A DNA stretch of 38,366 nucleotides from Chlamydiota bacterium (GCA_011064985.1 JAAKFR010000001.1:1-38366), one strand, 5' to 3'; shown: positions 1 to 8,177, numbered from the stretch's first letter. The notes: generated from the letters alone by a model not told the origin. A program made the numbers and translations.

Positions 1-229
1 CAGGTTATTCTCTTGAAGGTCTGCGACCCGAAATGGACCGTTTTCACAACTCTCTGATAATCAGAATCAAATAACTATCAAGTTTTTTAATGAAAAAATC
101 CCGACTACTTTGCAGGGGTCCTGGGGGGCGAGCAGGGTGACCTGTCTCGTCTACCCTCTACGTACGGTTCGATGAGGGGGGCGGGCTTAAACACCCGCCT
201 CTACTCTTAATGCCTTCCGTTCTCGTTAT

Positions 230-316
230 TTCCCGGTAGGGGGCATGCAAGAGCCTGGTATGCTTGTGTCTGAAGACCAGAGTCTTGGGTTTTTAACTGA
301 TTTGGGTTACACCCAA
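230..316. repeat. 87-bp interspersed repeat, copy 1 (copy 2 at 28453-28539)
   Basis: 230-316 and 28453-28539 are identical except for 2 substitutions. The repeat ends in the palindrome TTGGGT-TAC-ACCCAA. Its GTAGGGGGCATGCAAGAGCCTGG core recurs at 14435-14457. Confidence 0.85.
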
Positions 317-780
317 CGCAATTAGGGGACCGTTTACAGCGTGGGCCGGGATTCTGACGGTGTACGCCAAAACGCACCTTAAACTATGGATAATCCGTAG
401 GTTACGAACATTTTTTGTGGTGCTAAAATCAACATGAGATTGAAAAAAGATTGAATCTGCTGGATGATGGTGATTATGGGGCATATTTTATACATGGGAT
501 GAACCCAGTTGCTATTGGTGATCCAACAGATGCAACTTGTGTACTTAGGCATCTTGTTGGCCCGTCTAAGGCAGAGATCATCGACCTAAAACTTGTAGAT
601 GTTTCGTCGTTGTTTCAAGAAATGCCTAAGCCGAGTTGGGTTGCCACGACAGTTGTTTCGTGTTTCCAGCTCAACTGTTGTGTGGGTACAAATCATCATC
701 GGTCTTTCCTTTGGGTTTGTATAAATTTGGCTACTTAAGCCTACTCCCTTAAAGGGAAAACTTCAAAGAAAAACAGTGTT

Positions 781-1074
781 CTAGTTTTTGAGAGAGAGAC
801 CTTGGTGATGGGAGTGTTGCCGGGTAAGCGTGGTTGTTTTCGGGGTCGTGCTCGGCAAAGATGAGGCGGGTGGCGCCAAGTTTCCTAGGATCGTTTGGGA
901 GGCGGCTCTTCCGTAGATCTCTTCGAGTTGGGCGGGACTTTGGAGGGCTAGGAGGGCACAGGCTCCGTATTTTCTCCCCTCGGTGATGAGGGAGTCAAGA
1001 GCTTGGAGTTTCTGGAAGATGGGGAGCTCATCGATGATAAACCAGATCCGTCTTTTGAGGTCTGGAAAAACCAA
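781..1074 (-). pseudogene. TraD/TraG (VirD4-type) conjugative coupling protein fragment, truncated and frameshifted
   Basis: The translation RIWFIIDELPIFQKLQALDSLITEGRKYGACALLALQSPAQLEEIYG..ILGN fits the Walker B / Q-S-x-x-Q-L core of type IV coupling proteins. The expected continuation (GATRLIFAEHDPE) lies in another frame. The N-terminal two thirds of the protein are absent. Confidence 0.6.
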
Positions 1075-1366
1075 TGAAAAGCACGAGGAGTTTTATCGCC
1101 ACTATCTCATTGTTAAAGAGACACCAAAACGTGGTTTACAAGTCTCGTTCAACGAAGAGGAAATCCAGAAGCATCGAAAACGCTACAGCGGCTTTTTCTG
1201 TATTTTGTCCAACAAAATCAAGACAGCCAAAGAAGCTTTGAGCATATATCGTACTAAAGATGTCGTGGAGAACAGCTTTGATGAGCTTAAAAATCACCTC
1301 GATATGAAGCGGCTTCGGGTTCGTACAGCAGCAGCGATGGACTCCCGATTGTTCCTTCAGTATAGT
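1073..1366 (+). mobile_element. IS4/IS1634-like DDE transposase C-terminal fragment (remnant)
   Basis: The translation ..YSGFFCILSNKIKTAKEALSIYRTKDVVENSFDELKNHLDMKRLRV.. contains the Y-x2-[R/K]-x3-E-x6-K signature of IS4-type transposases. There is no upstream catalytic D-D part and no plausible start. It abuts the TraD fragment. Confidence 0.6.
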
Positions 1367-1403
1367 TACATTTCCCGGGAATTCAGGTTACCATACCGTT
1401 CAC

Positions 1404-2831
1404 TTAGGGTTGAAGAAATTGAGAAAAATCGATGGTGTGAGCAAAGTAGTCAGAATCAAGGAGAGTATCAGTGACCCCATTTACGTGGACTAGGATAGGG
1501 CGATAGGAGAAGTGCTTCGGTCTTTGGAGGCGATGAATCTTTTGTTCTAGTTCTTGGATCACTTTAGTATCAATTTTCTGTTTTGAGAATTTGATTTCAA
1601 AGATGTAGAGAGTATTATACTTGTTTTGGATCATGTAATCAATCTGACATCCTGGATGGGTTTTTGTAGCCTTTTGGAAATAGGGGCTGTCATAGACGAT
1701 TTCCTCAGGTGCAATTTTAATGATATCAAGTACCTGGTTGATGTTGTGGAGAACGAGATTTTCAAATTGCAGTCCCATGATCGTCGACCATGCGGGCGGA
1801 CGAGAGATGCGATTTTTTTCAATTTGATGAAGATTTGGCTCGATGTATTTGAGATAAAATCGGATATAGTTGTCCTTGAGGCGAAATTTGCTCAAGATAG
1901 ATTCCTTCCCACTTTTAAGGCTCCAGGTAAAATCTCGAGCGACATACCCTGTTTCTACAAGATCTTCGAGGTATTCGCTAACAGTTCCCCCTTTTTCCAT
2001 CTCAATTGCTTCGCAGATTTGACCAAGGTCGGCGTTTCCTTGAGCCAGTCTTTTTACGATCATTTTATACCGATGAGATCGGTGAGAGAATAGATCCGAG
2101 AAGATCCGGTCAAATTCCTCAACTAGAAGCGCCCCTCTTTGAAACGCCAATTGTTGGATATTCTCTTCTGCAGACAGGCAGGGATCGATCTCTTCTAAAT
2201 AGAGGGGAACGCCTCCTGTTACGGAGAGAATCTTAAACTTTTCATAAGCAGAAAGTTCATCTTTGTGATTTCGCCAAAATAGATTACACACATGCAGCGG
2301 GAGTTCGTCGAGAGTCAAATCAAGCGAGATGCGACCCATAAATCCCGTACTACTTAGGATGTTTTGCTCAATCCATCCCGACATGGACCCACTTAGAATA
2401 AGAATCAAGTTGGGGTTGTTTTTGAAGTGGAGATCCCAAGCCGATTTGAGCTTACCGAGGAATGTAGGATCTTCACTTCCCATCCAGTTAATCTCATCAA
2501 ATACCAGCAGGAGCTGCCCTTTTTTTGTCTCCTTAGCTAAAAGCCAGAAAAGATCAGCCCAATCTTCTCCTTTGATGGCTCTTAAAGGGAGCTGTTGTTC
2601 CATTTGCTTAGCAAAATACTCTCTTTGGTCTTGGGCAGCGGTAACACCACCAACAGGAGGGAGGCCTGTAAAAATTTTTGCCTTCATCTTCTTGCTAAAT
2701 TCAAGAATGAGGCGGCTCTTCCCAATTCGGCGCCTCCCTCTGATGACAACCAAGCTAGCACTCTTTTTTTTGGTCACTCCTTTTAGTCGTTTGAGTTCCT
2801 CTTCTCTTCCGTAGAAAGGGGCATTTTCCAT
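1404..2831 (-). CDS. AAA+ ATPase of the Arch_ATPase/DUF234 type with a C-terminal PD-(D/E)xK-like module
   Basis: N-terminus MENAPFYGREEEL. Walker A is GRRRIGKS and Walker B is LLLVFDE. The C-terminus has ..QIDYMI..YIFEIKF.. (a D...ExK pattern). The ATG at 2831 is preceded by AGGAGG. The longer TTG-initiated ORF to 2888 runs into an inverted repeat. Confidence 0.75.
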   Translation of the reverse strand: MENAPFYGREEELKRLKGVTKKKSASLVVIRGRRRIGKSRLILEFSKKMKAKIFTGLPPVGGVTAAQDQREYFAKQMEQQLPLRAIKGEDWADLFWLLAKETKKGQLLLVFDEINWMGSEDPTFLGKLKSAWDLHFKNNPNLILILSGSMSGWIEQNILSSTGFMGRISLDLTLDELPLHVCNLFWRNHKDELSAYEKFKILSVTGGVPLYLEEIDPCLSAEENIQQLAFQRGALLVEEFDRIFSDLFSHRSHRYKMIVKRLAQGNADLGQICEAIEMEKGGTVSEYLEDLVETGYVARDFTWSLKSGKESILSKFRLKDNYIRFYLKYIEPNLHQIEKNRISRPPAWSTIMGLQFENLVLHNINQVLDIIKIAPEEIVYDSPYFQKATKTHPGCQIDYMIQNKYNTLYIFEIKFSKQKIDTKVIQELEQKIHRLQRPKHFSYRPILVHVNGVTDTLLDSDYFAHTIDFSQFLQP

Positions 2832-2864
2832 CTCTATCCTCCTAGTACAAGAATAGCAAAGCGA

Positions 2865-2952
2865 CCTCACAGAATCAAGAAAATGCAATAGTGTGAGGTC
2901 TGAAAAGCCTTATTTAGATCTCACACTATTGCATTTTCGCAATTCTGTGAGG
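2865..2952. repeat. 33-bp imperfect inverted repeat (30/33) with a 22-bp spacer, spanning the hemY stop codon
   Basis: Arm 2865-2897 (CCTCACAGAATCAAGAAAATGCAATAGTGTGAG) matches the reverse complement of arm 2920-2952. It is a candidate terminator hairpin for hemY and/or the junction of the accessory block. Confidence 0.6.
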
Positions 2953-4192
2953 TGAGGGTTTTGTGGGCGAGGGCGATGCAGTCGTTGACGCCTACCCCTT
3001 CGAAGGCGCTGCCGATGGCCAGGAGGTTTGCGGGTAGTGTTTTGCGGAAGGAGGAGAGCTTCTCGTGGTGGCCGACGTGGTATTGGGGGATCGCTTGGTA
3101 GGCAGAAGAGATGGCGTAGAGGTCAGGGGAGGTTTTGTGGTGGAGGTAGTCTTCGACACTTTGGAGGGCTCTTGAAAAGAGGGTGGCATCGGGATGGCTT
3201 CCAGTCATGATGACGCACACTCTTGTTTGTGGGCCACGGTTGTGGGCGGGGAAAATCTCCGAATCCCAGGTCATCCCGAGGATCTCCCCCTTTTCTGAGG
3301 AGGGGACGAGGAACCCATATCCACGGTGTTTTAGCCACTTTTTCCGCCAACCGAGGCTGACCATAGAGAGGGAGGTGTAGGAGAAAGGGTTTTCGATTGC
3401 AAGCAAGGGGGCTAGGACATAGGTGGGGAGGGCGGAGATGAGCAGATCAGCCTCCCACTTCTCGTTTATGCAAAATCCCTTCTTGTCTCGCTCGATTTTG
3501 GTGATGGGAGTTGAGAGGTGGATCTCCCCCTCAATCTGTTCGGCAAGGGCTTCTGGGAGCCTGGCCATTCCTGTTTTGAAGGTGAGGAGAGGGGCGCTTG
3601 GAGAGGGGGAGGTTTTCATTTTTTTGAGGAGCCCTTTGACTACTGAACCATGCCTTTTCTCGTATTCCCAGAGGGTAGGGAAGCAAGAGCGGATCGAAAG
3701 CTCCTCGGCGTTGCCTCCAAAGACCCCCTTTACAAGAGGGTCGATGATTTGGGAGGTGATTTTTTGGTTAAAGCGGCGGGTAAAAAACGAGGCGATCGAC
3801 TCATCGGAAGAGGTGGCGCGGGAGGCAAAAAGGTCTCTGAGCCCTGCAGAAAGAATCCCTTGCTTGAGTAAGAAGAGGGGAGAGAAGGGGACGAGCTTGC
3901 CCTTCCGGGAGATGTAGCGCTTTTTTTCGTTTTCATTACAGGATACAATCTCAGATTGTAAACCGAGCGATTCAACAAGAGCGAGAGTCTGCTTCCCATT
4001 TCCTTTTGGACGAAAACCACGGGGCCCCTTTTCGAAGAGAAACTCCTCTTTCTGACACGTCTCAATCCATCCCCCGACTCGTGGACGTCCTTCTAGGAGA
4101 GTGATAGAGGCCTCTCTTCCCCACTTCTTCTTAGCAAACCAAGCAGCAGAAAGACCAGAAATTCCCCCACCTAATATTACGATCTTTTTCAT
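2921..4192 (-). CDS. hemY: FAD-dependent protoporphyrinogen/coproporphyrinogen oxidase (HemY type; usually annotated hemG in chlamydial genomes)
   Basis: N-terminal dinucleotide fold MKKIVILGGGISGLSAAW. The 423-aa length and the position in a hemY-hemN-hemE cluster fit. It overlaps hemN by 4 nt. Confidence 0.85.
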   Translation of the reverse strand: MKKIVILGGGISGLSAAWFAKKKWGREASITLLEGRPRVGGWIETCQKEEFLFEKGPRGFRPKGNGKQTLALVESLGLQSEIVSCNENEKKRYISRKGKLVPFSPLFLLKQGILSAGLRDLFASRATSSDESIASFFTRRFNQKITSQIIDPLVKGVFGGNAEELSIRSCFPTLWEYEKRHGSVVKGLLKKMKTSPSPSAPLLTFKTGMARLPEALAEQIEGEIHLSTPITKIERDKKGFCINEKWEADLLISALPTYVLAPLLAIENPFSYTSLSMVSLGWRKKWLKHRGYGFLVPSSEKGEILGMTWDSEIFPAHNRGPQTRVCVIMTGSHPDATLFSRALQSVEDYLHHKTSPDLYAISSAYQAIPQYHVGHHEKLSSFRKTLPANLLAIGSAFEGVGVNDCIALAHKTLTSQNCENAIV

Positions 4193-5559
4193 ATCGACTG
4201 TGAAAATTTGGGTTTAGATTCTTGTTTCAAATAGGCATCAAATGTCATCACTACGTTCCGAATCAGCAGCTCTCCAGGTTGAGTCACCTCGATCTTTTCC
4301 GGCGTTTGGAGAATGAGCCCCTCCGCTTCTAGCTCAGCTAGCTTCTCTTCTGCATCGGCAAAGTAGGAGTCAAAAGGGACTCCAACCTTCTTCTCAAAGC
4401 TCTTTTTGTCTAGAGAGAAGGTACACATCAAGGTGTGGATCACCCACTTTCTGAGCCGATCCTCTTCTGTCAGAATGCGCCCCTTACAAATCGGCAACTC
4501 TCCTTTTTCAAGTGCTCCATAGTAGTCTGGGAGGGCCTTGAGATTTTGGAAGTAGCCATTTTGGACAAACCCGATTGAGCTTGCTCCAAAGCTCACCATA
4601 TCCTCGGCATGGCGGACGGTATATCCCTGGAAGTTCCTTTGGAGGGTTTTTTCTCGGTAAGCAACTGCCATCACATCTTCTTCAAGAGCAAAATGGTCCA
4701 TTCCAATAACCACATAGCCAGCATCGACAAGTCGACTACGTGCCTCCGTATAGATCCTGAACTTCTCCTCAGTTGAGGGGAGAGTCTTGTCTTTGATCGC
4801 CTTCTGGTGAGGTTTGAGCCAGGGGACTTTCGCGTAGGAGAAAAGAGCGATCCGATCGGGACGCATCTCTAGTATATCGGAGATCGTTTTGGAGAAAGTT
4901 TCTGGCGTCTGGTAGGGAAGACCGTAGATCAGATCGAGATTGACCCCCGAAAAGCCAAGCTCTCGGGCGAGCCAGTAGGTCTCTTGTGTCATTTCGAGGC
5001 TCTGTCTCCGTTTCACGGCCTCTTGCACTTTTGGATCGGTATCTTGGACCCCAAAACTCACCCGGTTGAATCCGATTTGGTGCAAGAAACGGAGTTTTTC
5101 TCCTCCGTTTTCTAGCACAGTCCTCGGGTCGATCTCGATGGCAATCTCTTTAGAAAAATCGAGGGAGAACCTCTCTTGAATATGGGTAAAGAGACGTTGG
5201 AACAGGGGGATTGAGAGCTTGGTTGGGGTTCCTCCTCCAAAATGGAGCTGAGGGACTACCTTCCGGCCCAAAATCTTTGTCACAAGGTCGATCTCTTTTG
5301 TGAGATAGTCGACGTAGAGAGTCTCATTTTCTGGTTTCCGATTGAGCACAACCGAGCAGCCACAGTAGAGGCACATCGTCTTGCAAAAGGGGATGTGAAA
5401 GTAGAGGGAGAGGGGGTTTTCGGTCTTTGCCAGCTTCTCGAGCTCTTTTCGGTAGACCTGTTCATCCATCGGACCCCATTCAGGCGCTGTGGGATAGGAG
5501 GTGTAGCGAGGAGCTGGCTTATGAAACTTCAGTACGAGCTCGGGCGTGATTGTGTACAT
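4189..5559 (-). CDS. hemN: oxygen-independent coproporphyrinogen III oxidase (radical SAM)
   Basis: PRYTSYPTA N-terminal motif, CKTMCLYCGC (CxxxCxxC) radical-SAM cluster, 456 aa. Confidence 0.9.
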   Translation of the reverse strand: MYTITPELVLKFHKPAPRYTSYPTAPEWGPMDEQVYRKELEKLAKTENPLSLYFHIPFCKTMCLYCGCSVVLNRKPENETLYVDYLTKEIDLVTKILGRKVVPQLHFGGGTPTKLSIPLFQRLFTHIQERFSLDFSKEIAIEIDPRTVLENGGEKLRFLHQIGFNRVSFGVQDTDPKVQEAVKRRQSLEMTQETYWLARELGFSGVNLDLIYGLPYQTPETFSKTISDILEMRPDRIALFSYAKVPWLKPHQKAIKDKTLPSTEEKFRIYTEARSRLVDAGYVVIGMDHFALEEDVMAVAYREKTLQRNFQGYTVRHAEDMVSFGASSIGFVQNGYFQNLKALPDYYGALEKGELPICKGRILTEEDRLRKWVIHTLMCTFSLDKKSFEKKVGVPFDSYFADAEEKLAELEAEGLILQTPEKIEVTQPGELLIRNVVMTFDAYLKQESKPKFSQSI

Positions 5560-6526
5560 AGTCGACCAAAAATTCTACGTTTTCTACAGGGATGTCGGGG
5601 AGGAGTCCATGCCCCAGGTTGAAGATAAAGGCAGGGTCACCTTCCATACTCTCCAAAATCGGGTCTACCCGTTTTGCGATCTCTTGCTTAGATCCATAGA
5701 GGACCATCGGATCGAGGTTCCCCTGGAGGGTGATTCCAGGACCAACCCTCTTCCGGATCTCAGCGATCTCTCCACTCCAGTCGAGGCTGATGCCAGCAGG
5801 TTTAATGGAGGCAAGCTCCTCAGCAAAAAAACACGAGCCGCGGCAGAAGAGAATCACCGGCACATCGACCGCCTGCAAGATCTTCTCCATTGGCTGCAAA
5901 GAGCACTTGCGAAAGTCTTCCAAAGAGAGGACGTTGGCCCATGAATCGAAGAGCTGGATGGCTTGAACTCCTGCGTTTACTTGTTCCTGGAGATAGGCAA
6001 TTGTTGCCTCGGTGATTACATCTAGGAGTTTGGAAAACCCTTGCGGGTCCCGCATCAGCATCTGCTTTGTTTTTTTCTGGTCGTGGCTCGTTTTCCCTTC
6101 AATTAGATAGCACGCTACCGTGAATGGGGCTCCTGCAAAGCCGAGGAGGGGGACGGGGAGGGCATTGCGGAGTTCCTTGATCGCGTGTGTGATGGGGGCG
6201 TAGGTTTCGTGGGGAGGGCGCAGAGAGAGGGGGGGAGAGAAGGGGGCAACAACAGGTCCTATTCCTTCCTGGAATTCGTACGAGACGCCGAGTCCATCTA
6301 GGACTGTGAGGATGTCACTAAAGAGAATCGCAGCATCTGTGTGGAGTCGTTTGATTGGCTGGAGGGTTACCTCGATGATCGTATTTGGGTCGTGGAACAT
6401 CTCGTAGAGAGAGCGGCTCCCTTTGAGCTTCCGGTATTCGGGAAGGTAGCGTCCCGCCTGCCGCATCATCCAAATCGGAGGAGGGGCAAAGTTTTTTTGG
6501 TGGAGGGCATCGAGGATCTTGCTCAT
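5519..6526 (-). CDS. hemE: uroporphyrinogen decarboxylase
   Basis: PPIWMMRQAGRYLPEYR signature close to the N-terminus. I prefer the ATG at 6526 (MSKILDAL) over the ORF-track start at 6562. The 3' end overlaps hemN by 41 nt. Confidence 0.88.
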   Translation of the reverse strand: MSKILDALHQKNFAPPPIWMMRQAGRYLPEYRKLKGSRSLYEMFHDPNTIIEVTLQPIKRLHTDAAILFSDILTVLDGLGVSYEFQEGIGPVVAPFSPPLSLRPPHETYAPITHAIKELRNALPVPLLGFAGAPFTVACYLIEGKTSHDQKKTKQMLMRDPQGFSKLLDVITEATIAYLQEQVNAGVQAIQLFDSWANVLSLEDFRKCSLQPMEKILQAVDVPVILFCRGSCFFAEELASIKPAGISLDWSGEIAEIRKRVGPGITLQGNLDPMVLYGSKQEIAKRVDPILESMEGDPAFIFNLGHGLLPDIPVENVEFLVDYVHNHARARTEVS

Positions 6527-6927
6527 GCAAGAGACTGTAAGGGAAATGGGTGAAATCCGCAAGGTCTGGAGTGTAGAATCTGTGGGAAAAAGAAAAACGC
6601 AAAGGAGCAGAGAAACGCAAAGGCGAAAGAGAAGAAATCAGAGATGGTTGACGACCCTTGAGATCCCATCGACTAGGAGTGGTTGCCCAAAATTGAGCAC
6701 TAATCCTAGTTTACATTGGGATAGAAACTTGCCTCTGGACATGCAGACCACACAACTTTAGTTCATGAAATTAACGCATCCTCATACATACTCTCAAGAA
6801 GGCCAGGACCCCCTAGCTGACGATGTACCTCAATCCCTGCCTTGATTATCCTCTCTGAAATTATATTTTCTCTTCATCACAACTTAGTTCCATACCCTTG
6901 TTCTCCTTCACAACTTGGATCTTATTC

Positions 6928-6963
6928 AAAAAGCCGCGATGGGAGGTTAAAACCATCGCGGCT
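6928..6963 (-). terminator. rho-independent terminator downstream of the porin gene
   Basis: A perfect 10-bp stem, GCCGCGATGG (6933-6942) with CCATCGCGGC (6953-6962), has a 10-nt loop. On the minus strand it is followed by TTTTT (the A-run at 6928-6932). Confidence 0.6.
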
Positions 6964-6988
6964 CATCTGATACGAATCAGGAAGTTTT

Positions 6989-7033
6989 TCATCCAACCCC
7001 GACACGGATGTCCGGTCCGCGGGGATTGAATTT
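6989..7033 (-). pseudogene. relic of the 3' end of a paralogous porin gene
   Basis: The minus-strand translation KFNPRGPDIRVGVG* mirrors the C-terminus DFTLHGPYIRVGVGF* of the porin at 7164-8177. A stop lies immediately upstream and no longer ORF exists. Confidence 0.35.
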
Positions 7034-7163
7034 TCACAACAGCATCGCGGTAGCGATGCCAAGTTGTTAGCCCCGTGTGTGGCGAGCGCCCTAGAGGCTC
7101 TCGTGGAACGCGGGGCTTGGCAGCCCAAGTTGTCGTACGTGGGCTACGGGGAGGGAGGCTTCT

Positions 7164-8177
7164 TTAGAAGCCGACACCTACACGGATGTAGGGTCCGTGG
7201 AGGGTGAAGTCCATGTACTCGTTGAACGATTGCCCTTCTGCAAAATCGTCGACAAAGTAGATTCGGTTGACCCCTTTGTGGACGTGCATAAACTCATATC
7301 CAACTTCGAAAGAGAGGTCGATGCATCCACACCCACACCCATCAAATGACCAGTCGAAGGCAAGGCCTGCCCTTGCATCGAGGGTGGGCATTCCGATGTA
7401 GTAGTCTTCATCTCGAGCATTCTGTACGTCTAATAGAGATTCACTTATGAATTGATTATGGAACGCTTTTGTTTCTTTTTTGCTGATGAGGTAAGCTCCT
7501 GTTGCCCTTCCCACGACGGAAAAACATCTGTTGATGTTGTAGTCAAAGGAAAAAGCCAACTCGGGGCCAACCCCGCGCATTTCAGAATGGTTTTTAATGA
7601 AATATTCACGATTAGATGGAAAGCTGTAAAAAACACTTTCTTTTAGGTCGACTTTGCTGTACTGCAAGCCCCCTTCTAAAGTGAGATTCAGTCCTTGGCA
7701 GTAATAGACAGACCTGCCAAATAGAATTTCAAGAGTATAGAATTCAAACTCATCTTTGATTATTCCAATACCTATCTTACCACTAACACCCCCCAAATCT
7801 GGATGAGTTAAGATAGACCAGTAGTCATCACTTGCAAAGTGGTCGGAGTCGGAGAAGTTGTTGAAGTGGGTCCAACGAACTCTTAGGTGATCGAAGCAGT
7901 TGGGGAGGTAGTAGGCAGCTTCGAGGCGGTAGCCAGAGTGCCAGCCTTGGTCGTTGGCAATGCGGGGGCCATCAAAGTCATCAGCACGAGGCAGATCGTC
8001 GACTTTGTTGAGGATGGCGTAGTAGGGTTGGTCGATGGCGGACATAAAGTAGAGCCATTCGGCTGAGACTTCGAAGTTGCCGCCGCAACAGGGGTTGCAC
8101 TCGTCGTAGCAGGTTTGGGCATAGCCTGCTGAGGTAAGGAGTAGGAGCGATAGAGCAAGGTTTTTGAGCATACGCAT
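7164..8177 (-). CDS. cysteine-rich outer membrane beta-barrel porin, MOMP-like (Legionella/chlamydial MOMP superfamily)
   Basis: Signal peptide MRMLKNLALSLLLLTSAGYA. Cys clusters occur at both ends (CYDECNPCC near the N-terminus, DGCGCGCID near the C-terminus). FEVSAEWLYF and GWHSGYRLEAAYY motifs are present, strands show alternating hydrophobic patterns, and the terminal residue is aromatic (..VGVGF). Confidence 0.65.
   Translation of the reverse strand: MRMLKNLALSLLLLTSAGYAQTCYDECNPCCGGNFEVSAEWLYFMSAIDQPYYAILNKVDDLPRADDFDGPRIANDQGWHSGYRLEAAYYLPNCFDHLRVRWTHFNNFSDSDHFASDDYWSILTHPDLGGVSGKIGIGIIKDEFEFYTLEILFGRSVYYCQGLNLTLEGGLQYSKVDLKESVFYSFPSNREYFIKNHSEMRGVGPELAFSFDYNINRCFSVVGRATGAYLISKKETKAFHNQFISESLLDVQNARDEDYYIGMPTLDARAGLAFDWSFDGCGCGCIDLSFEVGYEFMHVHKGVNRIYFVDDFAEGQSFNEYMDFTLHGPYIRVGVGF

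Noticed and set aside
451-738. 95-aa TTG-initiated ORF in the debris region, and the 63-aa minus ORF at 293-484.
   Set aside because: They have no SD, an unusual start and no recognisable motif, and they overlap the 87-bp repeat region. They are probably non-coding or a gene fragment, and are mentioned only as part of the debris finding.
5519-5559. The 41-nt hemE/hemN overlap as a sign of a frameshift or pseudogene.
   Set aside because: Both proteins are full length with intact N- and C-terminal motifs. The overlap only extends the hemE tail by about 10 aa, and no frame disruption is visible.
6519-7128. ORFs 6519-6761 (+) and 6922-7128 (-) in the hemE-porin spacer.
   Set aside because: The first starts inside hemE and is purine-repeat driven (an RKRR-rich translation). 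The second is out of frame with the porin-like relic and spans the terminator hairpin. Neither has a translation signal.
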